Shown here piece by piece: positions 23,004-36,670 of a DNA stretch of 64,000 nucleotides. The translations under genes were made by a program, and so were the position numbers. Below the pieces are notes generated by a model. The model saw only the letters and a program-made list of their open reading frames with translations, did not search any database and was not told the origin of the DNA. Origin of the DNA: Isurus oxyrinchus (Eukaryota); NCBI GenBank assembly GCA_026770705.1, contig JANJGN010000039.1:4588001-4652000 (forward strand), written 5' to 3'. The stretch's first letter is position 1, and the number at the start of each line of letters is the position of its first letter.

Positions 23004-26000
23004 CTGTAAGAGAGAGAGACACATAACATGAGATAAACAGCAAAGATGAACATATTTTTCTTTTGTTTGCAGCAAACGGTATTCATTGCAAATTTAGTTT
23101 CTTCATGCATCTTTTAAATTGTTTAATGCAAGCATGTTTAGCATGATTTCCAATAGCAACGTGTTTTATATATGCATCGAACCTAGTAAAAGTGCGCAGG
23201 ATGGTTAAGCGTTAATTGATTATTCATCCTTAGGGAGCAGCACCCTCAATGAATTCTGAACAGCTATTGTGCACTGAAGATTCAGCGTGCTGAGGGTGAA
23301 TGTGTACTGGACTGACTGAAGGTCCAAAAAAGCCTCGGCTTGTTAAATTTTAAATGAGAAAAAGGAGGTGGAAAGAGCGAATTCACGTGTGAAGGTGCAA
23401 TGTGGACTGTGAAATGCGGGCACAAAATAAAGATTTAGCATAGTAGAGTTCTGTTCTGGAAGATGTAGTGGTGAAAAGTGTGCCGGGTATTTAATAGATT
23501 CAGTAAGTGGTGGGATGTTTCATTGTGCAACAGGAGAGACAGCTTGAAGAAAAAACGTAGCCCTGGGCAAGTCTGGGCAGTTGGGATGGTGTAGGTGGAA
23601 TTGCAATAAACAGGAAATGTTATAATGGTCACTGGACTACAAAAAAGTCCCACATAGAAGAGGCTGAATGAATGTTTACTCAGGCGCCCTCATGCTGGCG
23701 TTCAACGACAATACAAGTAAGGAAGTATGTTTATGGAGACTAGCGGTGTGAAGTAGGGGTTCATGACAGACCAGTCAGTAGTTTTAAGGCACGATGAGTA
23801 ATGTGACATTGATAGGCAAGGTGAGCATTGTCGAGGAAAATTTCAGAACGTATCTTTCGCTGATTCATTGCAGAAGGACTGAAGCAACATGTACTATGCA
23901 GGGTGGGAAGTCTGGTTTAGTCAGTGCGGATCAAGGGGCAGTTTAATCTCCAAATGGGAGAAAAGCGATATTGTCAGGCAGACTGAATATATTGGTCGGG
24001 GAATATTTATTGGCAGTTTCAGGGCAGAGTTAGTTTTGTGCATGGCCACGTTTTTTTTCTAGGCAGGCCAGTTTTAAAGCACATTGAATAGATATGGTAA
24101 AATGCAGGGGGAATGGGAATTAGATCGATAACCAAAACATGGTGAATGAGCAATTCAGAAATATTATTCGACTGCGATTTAACTCAGAGTTTTCCAACTC
24201 AGGGCACAGGAGAGAGGTCCCTTTTTTGACCGGGTGAAGTACAAAACACTTTGTTTCTGAAAGGGCAGAAAAGAATCATTTTCATCTCAGAAGCTGCATC
24301 CTTGTGAAACGTTTAGAAATGAAAAATTGAACACTGATTCCTGCTGGACACCAAATGTAGAAAACCCAGAGAGAAATTGACGGTGATTTGCACATCGACT
24401 TGTGTTGGTAAAGTATTTGAAATAGCTAAGACATGATTGGAAAAATTAGTTTGCGATTTGTGGATTTCCTGAGGATATAGTAAAAATCCATTTCTAAAGT
24501 AATGATTTTTATTCTAATTTCATTGTATATTTGTCGGGAACAGAATATCAGTGCATTTTAGAATTGTTTGGTAGATCCATATTAAATTTTCTTTCAAAAA
24601 GCAGGAACTTTTTAGTGAATTCAATCAATGCTTTGTTATTATGTGGAAGTTTACAGTAAGAGCATTCATATTAAAGACTGATTATATTCACTCATCAGTA
24701 TAAATGAAGCGAAATTGTTCTGATCCTTGGATGATCCTGGCTGCATCATATAAGTCATGTTGCATACTTAAATAACCTCCGTTTGCATTTCGAGGGGTAG
24801 CATTACTCAGTGAATCTGAAAGGACCAATTTGATGCTGCCAGAAATGTAACTTCTTAATTCAAACGTTTATCAAATCATCTTGTGCATTTCAAAATTAAT
24901 TATATAACACTAGACTAAATGCATATCCTTAAATTCCATTGTGTGTGTAGTCCTGGTTGCAATAGCCTATCATGAATCAGGTAAGGGTTCAGAACAGCTT
25001 TCCGACTGAAATCTCCAGTGAGGCTGGAGAGGAACAGATTAGAAATGGAAAATTCACATTTTCACAATCGAGCGTTCATTGAAGTATGAAATTCTTTTAA
25101 GGTTATAGAAAATGCTGCACACTGATGCATAGGCGTTGCAGACTGGCACTTAGGAAAACAACAATGCAATGTGGCATTGTATGTTGATTGGATGGTGAAT
25201 CAATAATTTGAATCACATTATTTAGGCAAGTTGTTGATTAACGATTTTGACGAACTTTGAAAACATTAAGGAGAATTATTCGAATAAGGATAAAGAGCGG
25301 TTTACATTTCTGGATCAGCTTGTGAGTTGATAACCGAACTCTCATTCACAGTTTTGAATAGCGATTGCAAGCATCCAATATTGATTGGCTGTGGCAGATC
25401 CCATCAGACCAATCATAAGAACCTTACAGGGTCACATAATGTGTATAAACTGAGTAGGGATTTTCCGATGACCCTTAGGCTGCACTGGAAATGATGCATG
25501 TATTAGAAAATCAAAATCCATAAGAAACAACCAAAGTGCGACAGAAATGAAAGTCGGCCTTCATTTGCCCTTTTACTATCCAGGTGTTAGCTGAGCAAAC
25601 CCACTATTTACATCCCTACAACATCGTACATTTACACTGAGATTTAATTTGTCATTTCCATACTATCAATTCGCTTTCATGAAATATGCAAAGATGTTTA
25701 ACAAAAATATCAGCACTCAAACTGTCTTGGCCATCACTGCCAACAGGGAAACTCGTTAGAAAACATTATTTTTCACAGTTACATGTTGATGTACCCGAAG
25801 TTTGAAAAGACTAATTATATAAAATAAATCATTAAATTAACAACATATTTTCTGTTTTATTTCCGAATTAAACGTTGAAATACCCAAAAAATGAATCGGT
25901 AAATTATCAGCTGAAAGAAATATTGAACAATGCAAACAATGATTCATTATTGTATCTATCAAATTAAGAATACAGACAATGAAAAAAAATCCAGACGCTT

Positions 26001-27169
26001 TCCTGCTAAATTAAAAAGAGAAATTAAAATATGTACATGCTGTGTAATTATCCATTATTTTAAGCAACAACAATCTCTTCCTGACACCTTAATAATTTGC
26101 AGTTGGGAAAAGAAACTGAGACCAGGTACAGTGCACTTGGCTCATGATCCTCTTTGGCCCATGATCCTAGACTGATCAAACAGAGAGCGATGGGGTTTTG
26201 TCCACGAGCCGAAATCCGACATCAGCTAAACCGCAAAGTGACCATGGCAACGGGCAGGAGGCAATGAGAGATTCAAAACGGGGTCGGCTTCCAATCGGAA
26301 GTGCAATCCTTGACCTGATGGGGACGCGTTCAATGCTGTGAATAGAAAGTCGGTAGGGGTCGGGGGTCAAGGCTGTGGAGGGGGTGTTGCAAGAGGTTAA
26401 GCGCGGTTCTTTGTGGGCAACATTTTCAGCCAAGCCTTTTGTGTACAAACTTGGATATTCAAGAGTGACTTGAAGATGTATGTTCTCAGTTCGCGACCAG
26501 GGTACTGGATGCTACTGAAAATAACTTAAGCATGTGAGATTCGTCTCGATCTATTCGGAACAAAGGAGTCAGCTCTGGTCATCATTTCAATGCAGAAGGA
26601 CGCATTATTCATAGATTCAGCATGATGTGGCACTTCCTCTGCTTGCGGTATATTGACAAGATCAGTCTTTATTCCGTTTTCTCTATTTCTTCTTGAAGGG
26701 AATGGTTTTATAGTGTTGCAGCTGAAGTGAGGCAAATCGACACACAGTGCTCGAAGAATGAGTTCCAGGTTTTTGATGCAATGTCACTCAATTAACGGTG
26801 AATTATTCCTAGTCATTTTGGTTTGTGACTTGGAAAGGAATGTGAAGTTTATATTGTCCCTATGTTCTTGCCCTTCCAGGTGTTCGAGGTCAAGTGTTCG
26901 AGGATACTGGAGAAGGATATTTGCCGACAAACGTAATATGTCTGGAGTGGCAGCACTGCTAGATAATAACGAGGTTTCAACCTGAAGAAGCTGCTTGGCA
27001 AGTCTACTTGCTTGCCAAAAACAGCGGAAGCAGCGCACAACAGAAAGTGCTAATTGGTCCCACAAACAAATAAGCAAATATCAGCCGTGATTTCCAGTCA
27101 CATGCTGTCTTAAATGTTGTTGCATATTTCAAAAAACTCAATTGCAGAGGACACTCCACCCATATCCTC

Positions 27170-28260
27170 ATCGGCAATGATTGTGGAGCTCAGCACATCA
27201 GTGCTAAAAAATGGCTAAAGAATTTGCAGCCACATTCAGGATGAAGTGAGGAGTAGATGGGTCATTCCGGCCTCATCCTGAAGATGGCATCATCACAGGG
27301 GCCAGTCTTCAGCCTATGTGATTTACATAGCATGATATGAAGAAACAACTCAAGGGGCTGGATGATGCAGAGGATATGGGTCCTGTCAGATTTCACCAAT
27401 TGGATTAGAGATCAGTGTCCCTGAAAAATCCTTCCTAGCCACGTTGTAATAGTATAGCTAAAATACCGGCCTTTACATGAAAAGACATAAGCTGTTGACG
27501 CTCATTATGTGTTTTGTCTGAGCTGCAGCTCTTCGATCAGATTTGATACAGACATGGACATTGGTGCTGAACTCATGATGTGATGCGAGAGCGACTGTGC
27601 TTCATATCAATACAACATTTGTCATTTTATGGTAGCAGGGATCAGAAGCGAAATTTGAGTCAATACATGTAAGGGGGTGGGGGGAGTTTCTATTGATTGG
27701 AGTCATGCCGAGCACAAAGGATTTTTATTTTTGCAAGTCACCCACCTCAGCCTCTTGATATGACTGCAGGAGATGCTGAGGTCATAGTCCGGGCGCAACC
27801 ACGTTAATCCACTTCATCAATGAATCTCTCTCCATCATGTACTCAGAAAGGGTTTGGGTTTGGGAAGCGGGGGGTGGAGATAGATCCACTCATATTTGCG
27901 AAAACTTAAGCAAAAGTTGCGACTCAACAGATGCTGAAGAAATCTTTGCCTATGTGTAACTAACAGGACCTGGGCAACACCCAGGCCTCTGCTGAAAACC
28001 GACAAGTTATATTCACCACACACCGGCGACAGTCAATGATCATCGACAGTAAATAATTATCCAACGAACACCCTTGTCATTTAGACCGTCTCTCTTCTAC
28101 AACACGCAAATCAAGAGTGTGATTGGAAAATCCTACACTTGTCTGGTTGAGTTATGTTCCAATAACATTCAAGAATATTGAATTAATCTAGGACAAAGGA
28201 CCCTGCTTGATTGACAGCAGTTCCGCTACCTTAATGATTCAAGCCGTTTATCTACTGTAG
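27170..28260 (+). mobile_element. Degenerate LINE RT fragment (CR1/L2/jockey group)
   Basis: ITGASLQPM*FT*HDMKKQLKGLDDAEDMGP resembles the region before the RT KAxGPD motif. Related 3' ends lie at about 31700-31965 (+) and 35800-36050 (-). Confidence 0.65.
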
Positions 28261-29559
28261 ATTAATAGTTCTTATTGCGTTCAAAGCTCATCTCCATCAT
28301 AACCCACCCTCTCAGTTAAATAACCCTATCTAAAAACTTAATTCTCAATCCCATTTCGAGCCATCGATCATTTTTTGTTCCTTTCTTAAATTCCATTGTT
28401 GCAAAACTTTTATGTTCAATGTGACGCATCTGAAACAGCCTTAAAAGTAATTGGAATTTCAATGAAATCTCATGGGATCAGGTATTACTTGGGCAAGGAA
28501 AGTCCACTGCTGATTAAGCCCTATCGTTCGCCTCAGATGATGAATGAGTGATCATCAATGGAGGAAGATTTTGTGATGGCAATAAAAACTATGCTCCACG
28601 TAGGGGGCTTCTGTGTCTATGATCAAGAAAGAATCTCTAGCACTACTAATGGCCGAGCTGGCCGCGTGATAAAGAAAACTGCAAGACTGGGTCTTTTGCA
28701 TGTGGTCAGGAAATTAACAAGATGGAAAAACAAAACTGAACTCACCCCAATAACATACGCACGTGGATATGCTCATGGCAGTATTGATAGTATTGACCCT
28801 CACACAGTCCCTGAGCACACAAAATCCGCCTTCACTTGGGGATTCCCTCCAACGCGTTGTGTGGCAGAAACATTCTGCTAAATGAGGTAAATGTCAACGT
28901 GTTCAACAACTCAAAATTGGGCATTCACCAGGCGCTCTGAACAATCAGCTGCAGCAGAGTTGTGCACAAACCTGAATATGTATTCACAAGCCTGACAGAT
29001 CCTCAACACTGTAGTTATCGGTGGAACATTTATGGTGATGGTTGTGATACCGATCAACCAGCCAACTTCATTCTTCTTGTGTTGAGTTTTTGAGTTGTTG
29101 TTGTCACTGAAATAATCCCGGCCATCTCAGTTTGTTAACCATTCTCCTAATACACACGTAGTTGATGGTGTCCTGAATCTGAATCTTAATAGATGAGATA
29201 CTCTCATTGTATTTTCTAACGTTTCACCTTCTTTTCGAGGCCAACTTTTACATGGCAGCTACGGTTAAGTTTCCTGTCACCCAAGGTGCCCAACAGCCTG
29301 ATTGTGGGGGATTGAGAAATTACAAGGCCATTGGAAAGCAATTGGAGATTTCCAACTTCGTTATGGATTTTGATTCACCCACTGACGTGCTGAAAATGTT
29401 ACTTTCTGACCGGTTTCTTCTTGAAGGCAAAAGCTGATTCAGGCTATGAGGGCGTGTGAATGTTAGTTGTACAACCGTGAACGAGAAGCCCCAATACTTC
29501 CTCAAATTACGATTGAGTTTCACTGGTGAAGCAATTGAGTATTTGAGAGCAAACAGAGT

Positions 29560-30202
29560 GACTGATGGGCCTCATCTCAAGGGGTGTATCATAAATACTG
29601 CCGGTCTTCTTTCCAAAATAAGAAAAAAGTAAAATTGTCATGGTCTGTATTTGGAGACGATGGGGGTTGATTGTAAGGATAAAACGTGAGGGAGTGCGAA
29701 ATGGAGAGTTCACCAGACTTACACCTTATATAATTGGGAATTAGCTGGGATTGGCCTATGTGGAGACATTGGCGAGACTGAGCCCAAGCTCTTTGGACCT
29801 TTGGTAAATAAGGAGTGATCTCAAAGAAGCACAAACCTTCCTTAGAGCTTCAATGGTGTAGAGGTAGGTTGGATGCTTCCCATGTCGGGGGTGACTGAAA
29901 GCCGGAGACACAATTTCAGAACAAAAATATGATATTTAGGACTGAGGTGAGGAGAAATGTATTCACTCAGAGGGTGATGAATGTTCAAAATTATTTCCTT
30001 TCAGCCGCGGTGGTGGTTCAACCATTGCGTATGTTGAAGGCACAAATGAACCAATCTGTAAACATTAAATGCAACATAACTATGAGATATTGCAAGAAAA
30101 TGGCTTGAGACATGATTTCAGCCATGAGATACTTCAATAGTGGATCAAGCCCGAGCGTCCGAATGGCCAACTTCTACTCCCATTTCTTAGGTTCCTATGT
30201 TC
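29560..30202 (+). mobile_element. CR1-type LINE 3' fragment
   Basis: tttaggactgaggtgaggagaaat..ttcactcagagggtg..ggccaacttctactcccatttcttaggttcctatgttc tail. Confidence 0.75.
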
Positions 30203-30439
30203 ATTTGTAAGCACCTGCATATGATTGCAATGTGGGCTTTCCAAAGGGACAGGAAAGTCCGAAAATTCATAATATCGATCCACTTCAATTCTCAATGTAA
30301 ATCACTTATATTTGGTAGTGTGGTTTACTGCAGCAGGAAGTGGTTGGTGAGAAGTTAAATTGAGCACAAAAATGAGAATGAGATATGTGCTCAGGTTGCA
30401 TTGGTGTTTCAAAATTGTTCCACCTACGACTCCGTACCA

Positions 30440-30845
30440 ATCCCCATGATGAGATAGATGTTACCGATTTATCTCTGGCGTCAGCACTTGAGAACAAAAT
30501 TCTCAGCTAATGCTCCATTGCCGTAGTGAGGTAGTTATGTATTGTCTGAAGTAGCAACTTTCAGAACGTATATAAAATGGATTCACGGGTTAACCGTAAG
30601 TAAAAAAAGAAGCATGCCACCATTTTGAACAACAAGCTGTTCATAACCTTTTGTGCCCTGACTGATAGAAATACCTCTGCTAAAACTCACAAACAAAGAT
30701 CATCGGGTCATTTTCAACGTGCTGCGTGTGGAAGCTTCCAGAGCACAATCTGACTGTCGCACATCTGCTTTACTCCAGTGTCTATACTTCATGTCAATGC
30801 ATTAAGGTGGTCGATAAAAGATGCTACAGAAATGAATATCTTTCA
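30440..30845 (+). mobile_element. Degenerate SINE (DeuSINE/SacSINE1-like)
   Basis: Resemblance from memory to the core and tail of that family (..gctgcgtgtggaagcttcc..aaagatgctacagaaatgaatatctttc); not database-checked. Confidence 0.45.
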
Positions 30846-31354
30846 ATATATACAAACAAGGAAGATAGTCGATTGTCCTCAGCACGCAGAGCTTTATCTT
30901 TCAGCCCAGCTCTCCTTCCTGCATACTGAGCTGTAAAAAATATTGCTGCCTCAAAAAGTAAGGGATTTGTCAGGGATTCCGTGCTGGCAATATTGCAAAA
31001 CCGTTGGAAACCATTAGCCAACACTTTCAATTATTTCAAGGTGAATCTTGCATTGATTTGCACAGATTGTGGTATCGACAACGTCAAGCTCGGTTTGCAC
31101 TTGGTTATAACATTTATTGCAGCGTCCACCCAGTTACAAAACATTCCCTATAGAATAAATAAAATGTCATCACTGGAAACTCCCGTATGAGAGATGCAGC
31201 AAAAATAAGAAATCAGGTGACGTTCAGGTTAAATTGGCATCTCAGCTTTGATTACTCTCCAACAGTAAAGAAACAATTTCAGGTTATCAGAAACGTCGTT
31301 TGAGAACAAAGTCAACATCCATTTATACATCCAATGATGTGTTTATGCTCTCAC

Positions 31355-31424
31355 CAGGTACGCCAATAGCCGCGAGAATACAATAGTAAATGTCGTCAAT
31401 CTGGTGAAGTCTCAGTTTTGCCAT
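31355..31424 (-). pseudogene. GPR139-like exon 1 (short N-terminus type), probably the partner of the truncated exon 2 at 23003
   Basis: ATG at 31424; MAKLRLHQIDDIYYCILAAIGVP plus phase-1 donor G|GTGAG. Splicing to 23003 gives GVPVNGVAIV in frame. TATA-like TATTTAAA upstream (31511-31518, minus strand). Too short for the ORF track. Confidence 0.85.
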
Positions 31425-33179
31425 CTTTATGAGAAGGAGACTTTCCTGCTGAGATGGATACACAGCAAATAATAGAAGGTGTGAGTTGAAACATACAAAT
31501 CTCGGTATCCTTTAAATACATTTCAGAAAGAAAAAGAAACACGGTAAACCTATCGGACAGCCAGAAGGAGATACCACATTAGTTAAACACACAATATCGG
31601 GTTAGAACTGGCACCATAGCATTCGGAACAGGGAACAGAGAAAAACTGCCACCTTTTGCGTGCTTGACGTCCTTTTGTTAATATGCAAACCCACAGGCGC
31701 TACCATCTGGCAAGAATAGAGCAACAGATATTTGCGAATGCAACCAGCTGGAAGTTACCCTCCAAAGCACTCATCGCCCTGATTTGGAAATATGTCGCCG
31801 TAAGCTCGCTGTCTCTGTGTCAAAGTGCTGAACATCCAAAACAACTTACACCACACAGGCAGCAGCAGCTGGAAAAGTGAGCTCACCACGAAATTCTGAA
31901 GGACAATTGCGGAAAGGCAATTAATGCTGGCTTAGCTAACGTTGCCCATATCTCCTGAATGGAAGGAAAATCAGCAGTGTATATTGTTTGCCTGAGAATA
32001 TGTGAATCCACGTACATGGTGCCACGAGAGATGCTGCAACAGTTTTGTAAATGGTCAGCAAATGATAAAGCATAACAAATTCTAGTCACTGTGATAAGCA
32101 CTAAGAAACTGCTGCTGAAGCAGTTATACTGAGACTGCTGGAAATCATGAGATGATACTTTCAGAGAAACTCCTATTTATATAGCAGATAAATCTCCATT
32201 AACGCATTCATACTGCCTGAATAAATAAATTAGTTTCCGTCATTCAACAAACAGATTCTTTCAGTCGCTCTCCTTATGAGAGAAAAATTTTCAAACTGAA
32301 ACGCCAAAAAAAAGGAATTACGTCTGCTGTCAAGACAATTCCGGGGTGTAGATACCTGAGCAACAGGTGAATACTACAGGGGATGGTGAACGATTGTCCC
32401 AGAAATTGATGCTGAAAAATAAACTTTTATCAATTTAGATCAAAGTATATATATGTAAATGAAAAGGCCTGAAGCGCCAGGGGAAGTAATGCGGAAAGCA
32501 CAGTTGTTTGCCACCGTTTTCTGTTTCCGGGCCCACTCCATGTCCAAACAGGGCACATGTGGGATGCTTGTCTGTGACAATCAAGCTTCTAGAGAGAACA
32601 GATACCCTGCCCAGATTTGCCCGTGGATTCCTCTGGCAATGCAACGTGCGATATCTTGTGGGCCAAAAAAAGAAACCCCCAGCAATTGAAGAACACATTT
32701 AAAAATATAAACGTGAAAATGTATGCAAACCTTGGGCACAGACAAATTATGAAATCAACCAATGATTTCAAAACTTGAGGAGAAGAGGATAAAAAACCCT
32801 TCAAGCAAAGCGTGCGCGGACAAAGTTTAATTATCCCGCTAGTACAAGTTTGATATGCAAATTTTGCAATCGGTAATGCAAACATAGAATTGGTGTAACC
32901 TCACGCAAGGTACCACGCTGACACTTTTTTATTGCTTGGACACTGATCTGTGATAGCGTTGTGAAAACCAATCATCAACATCGTTAGACAGGCAGACCTA
33001 CAGGCTGATAGATGGACAGATGGCTAGACAAATAGAAGACTTAACATTGAACGGATTAATTAAAATGAGAAATAGCAAGCGAGCGGGAGAGAGAGCGATG
33101 CACAGAGAGCAAAGGTGAGAGAGAATGAGAGCACGAGAGAGTTATACAGCAAGCGAGTTAGAGAATGTGTGAGAGTGAT

Positions 33180-33315
33180 NNNNNNNNNNNNNNNNNNNNN
33201 NNNNNNNNNNNNNNNNNNNNNNNNNNNNNNNNNNNNNNNNNNNNNNNNNNNNNNNNNNNNNNNNNNNNNNNNNNNNNNNNNNNNNNNNNNNNNNNNNNNN
33301 NNNNNNNNNNNNNNN
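33180..33315. other. Assembly gap (136 N)
   Basis: Run of N, flanked on the left by a GA-rich repeat. Confidence 1.
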
Positions 33316-33611
33316 TGTGAATAAATGCATGTGCTTCTTGGAAGAAATATCCTCTAAAGGACCATAGATAAAGGTGACAGTGAAGCAGAACGAGGTGATT
33401 TTTGTTGAAAATTTAGGAACCACAGTGCACTTAAACATCCGACTATTGTACATAAATAAAACTGGGAGTTCCTCCTGACAACTCCCTCCTAATATTGGAT
33501 CTGTGATAACGACAAGGAATTTGGTGTCTGCCATTCACTCCAAGTAGCAAAAAACACAATTTGAGGTTGAACACTTTCATCGCTTCAGGAACAAAAGCTC
33601 CCGAAATTTAC
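33316..33611 (-). pseudogene. Degenerate GPR139-like exon 2 running into the gap
   Basis: Acceptor ttttgtctgctccag; KFRELLFLKR*KCSTSNCVFCYLE*MADTKFLVVITDPIL..ITSFCFTVTFIYGPLEDISSKK is collinear with TM2-TM3 of the intact gene. Two in-frame stops; DRF lost. Confidence 0.8.
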
Positions 33612-34114
33612 CTGGAGCAGACAAAAGCAGGAAGAAAATACCCAAAAGTGATTCATCAGATATGGAGAAAGGGAACAGTGTGCCGCGAACTGGGCTAAAA
33701 TCCCAGCTCTTTGTTGCATTAAATATCTAAACGGATAAATGACCTGGGCAAAACATTCAGTCACAAAAATGTATCTAAATACCTTTATCAACAATGCGCC
33801 GGGGCAATCGCAAAAATGAAGTAAACAGTGTCTGTATACAATCCACTGGAAGTGCTGAGTGAGGGCGTTGTGCTCAATGCCCGAATCAGCTGAACGTGGA
33901 TATAACGATGCAAGTGAAATTTTGCTCCAAACTATATATTGGGATGCCATGGGACAGTAGCAGGTAGAAGTTTTTTAGTCCATTGGTTTTAAAGTGTCAA
34001 CAGCGGGTGTTAGAAAACGGGAAAATCCGGACAGCCACGTCTGGCAATTTCACTTTTCGGATGGATTTAGAAGCGGAAGTCGGAATCCGAACCAGTGAGT
34101 GATCGAACAAGAAC

Positions 34115-34300
34115 AATAATAGCTGGAAAGAATCAGCAAGTCTGACAGCATCTGTGGAAAGGAAGACAGAGTTAATGTTTCGAGTCCGCATGACTCTTCA
34201 TCAGGAGTAAAACAATATAAATGTGCTGAAATATAAGCTGTTAGAGGGGGTGGGACAGATGGAGCTGGGCAGAGCGCCAGTGAGTTATCGAGATTGGAGG
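34115..34300. mobile_element. Short interspersed repeat fragment, possibly a Penelope-like terminal segment
   Basis: gctggaaagaatcagcaagtctgacagcatctgtggaaagg..gagttaatgtttcgagtcc resembles a common fish/shark repeat end; the family is uncertain. Confidence 0.4.
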
Positions 34301-34479
34301 AAGAGAAAGAACGCAGCTTTCAGAATCTCCAGGAGGGTGAGGTGCTGGGACAAGAGGATCTGGTTTAGGTACGAGGGCAAACTGAATTCATGCATGAGGA
34401 AACCATACTTTAAATGCAAGGATCAGAGATTCTAGCATTCAATGGGAGACACAGCTGCACATGGTATTGGAAAAACACA

Positions 34480-35180
34480 AACAAAGAAATCCCGAGCAGG
34501 CCGAGAGAATTCGGCTCCTCGAGTCATGTCCGCCATTAAATTCCATTGTGGCTCATCTCATTGTGGCCTCAATTCCACATTCCGTCCACCTCCGATTACG
34601 TTTCACATCGTTGGTTCTCAAGAGACTGACTACCCCTGCCTGAAAAATATTCCATCAGCCTGAGCCTACCACTCTCCGGAGAAGAGAGTTCCAAAGCCAT
34701 TCAACCTTCTGAGTGAAATAAAAACCTTCCCATCTCTGTTTTAAACGGGAGACCAAAAAGTAGAAAAATGTGTTCGCTTTGTTCCAAACTCATCCACAAG
34801 AGAAACACACTGTTTACATCCAGGATGTAAAATTCTTCAGGATCCTACCTGTTTCATTAGGGCAACGTTTGATTTTCCAAATTTCAATGGGCACTGGCTG
34901 TCCAATCTTTCAAATAAGATTACACCACAACCACCACCACCCTCCACCAACTCCGCTTCCAGGCATCCGCAGCGTGAACGCTATCTGAACTGATTCTAAT
35001 GAATTGTAATAATTACTTAAAGTTGGAGATCAAAACTATACACAGTATCTTAGATGTGGTCTCTGCAATAATTGTCAGTATAATTGTCCTAAAAGATCAC
35101 CATTTCTCTACCGTATTCCTTTGGAAAAAGAAACACATCATTCTAGTTGACTTGCTGTTCGTACATATGAACTTTGTGTG
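34480..35180 (-). mobile_element. CR1-type LINE 3' fragment
   Basis: Reverse complement of the CR1 tail pattern seen at 29560-30202. Confidence 0.65.
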
Positions 35181-36359
35181 ACTCATGGGAAATCTATTGA
35201 TCGTAGCAACACAACTGAAGAAACATTGAACCTTTAAGCTACACAGTTGTCACCCTGCGAGAAAAAAAACCTTGTGAATAATAAAGGTTGATTTTTTTTT
35301 TGGATTTCGAATTACAAATCAATTAATCAAAATATATGAAAAACAGATCGCCCTTCAGTGAATACTGCAGACAGATTTTTAAAGCCATTGTGCTAATAAT
35401 GAGACCACAGAATTTATTATTATGCTTATTTACTCCATTCAAAAAATAAATGGGAATTGAACATCCGCAAGATCAGAATGAGAATTTGACAAACAAAAAC
35501 TTACTGGGAACTTTGAAAGTCGCCCAGTTGCAAAATCAACACCATGTCTTAAATTCACAACATTTCACGGTAATTGGTCTTTTTCGGGTAGTTGCCGTAT
35601 CTGGGAAATTCGAAAGGGAGATAGATCGATTTATATGACGATGATAGAATGGCGATACACTTCTGCCAGTTAGACGATGAATATATTCAATGCTTTTTCA
35701 TGTACCATGTTAATTGAGAGATACGATGATTGTACACGGAGGTCAATATGAGGTTGAAGATCAGTTGATTTCGTGCAGCAGGCTCTAAAGGACAAAGCGC
35801 CTTCCTCGAGCTACTGTTTGCTATATTCTTCCAATGTACATGCTGCCCTTGTTCTTCTAGGCCGACAAGGTTGTACATTTGGAATGTACCGTCAAGCTTT
35901 TAGTAACTCGTTGCAGAATATCCTGCAGATAGCACACATGGAAAGCCATGTGCCCCGATAATGGACCGAGTGTTTTTTATAGCTGGTGGATGGAGTTCAA
36001 TCAATGAGAATGCTTTTTTAGTTGTCCTGTCAAACTTCTCGCAGAAATTACAAAATAACCTTGACCAGCATGTTGCAGATGTTATAGAGGCTTTGGGGAG
36101 CGTCCAAAGTAGAAGAGCATTGATAGGCCTGGATGGGCATTTGGCTCGTCTTGAAATGGAGTATTCTTTCCTGTTCAGGCCACCGTTTCTGGAGGAAGTG
36201 TGTGCAGGGAAGAAGGAAGTTGCTAATAGTTCGCCAACAAAGATGCAGGGATGAAGAAGTTCCCTTGTGTTTCTGGAATGCAAAATTTGGGATTGTCTTT
36301 CCTGTAGAAGAGAAGTCAAAGTGGAGATCAAGAGGTGGTGAAAATAATTAGTTTGTACA

Positions 36360-36670
36360 GAAAAGAGGGGATGAATTGTTATTCTTTGTGGAACTATAGA
36401 GAGCCAATTTTAGGTAATTGGAATTGGAGACAAAAGTGACATTCGTCCGTTCTTCATTATGCAGCAATTGGTCAGGATCTTGGGTGCTCACCGAATAATG
36501 TGTTGGGAGCAGATTCAATTGAGACGTTCAAAAATATGGTTGGATGTTTATTTGAAGAGCAAACAATTGCACGGCTATCCGGAGAAAGCGGGGTAGATGC
36601 AGAGGAGTGTTACTCTTGTACAGGGCAGGCACAGACATGCTGGGCCGAATGCACTCTTGGGTTTTAATCG
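36360..36670 (+). mobile_element. CR1-type LINE 3' fragment
   Basis: gggagcagattcaattgagacgttcaaaa..ggcacagacatgctgggccgaatg tail. Confidence 0.6.

Noticed and set aside
28780-29010. Possible + strand receptor ICL3/TM7 remnant (DPHTVPEHTKS; ctgcagcagagttgtgcacaaac)
   Set aside because: Only two short matches, no TM6-like segment between them and imperfect spacing; too weak without a profile search.
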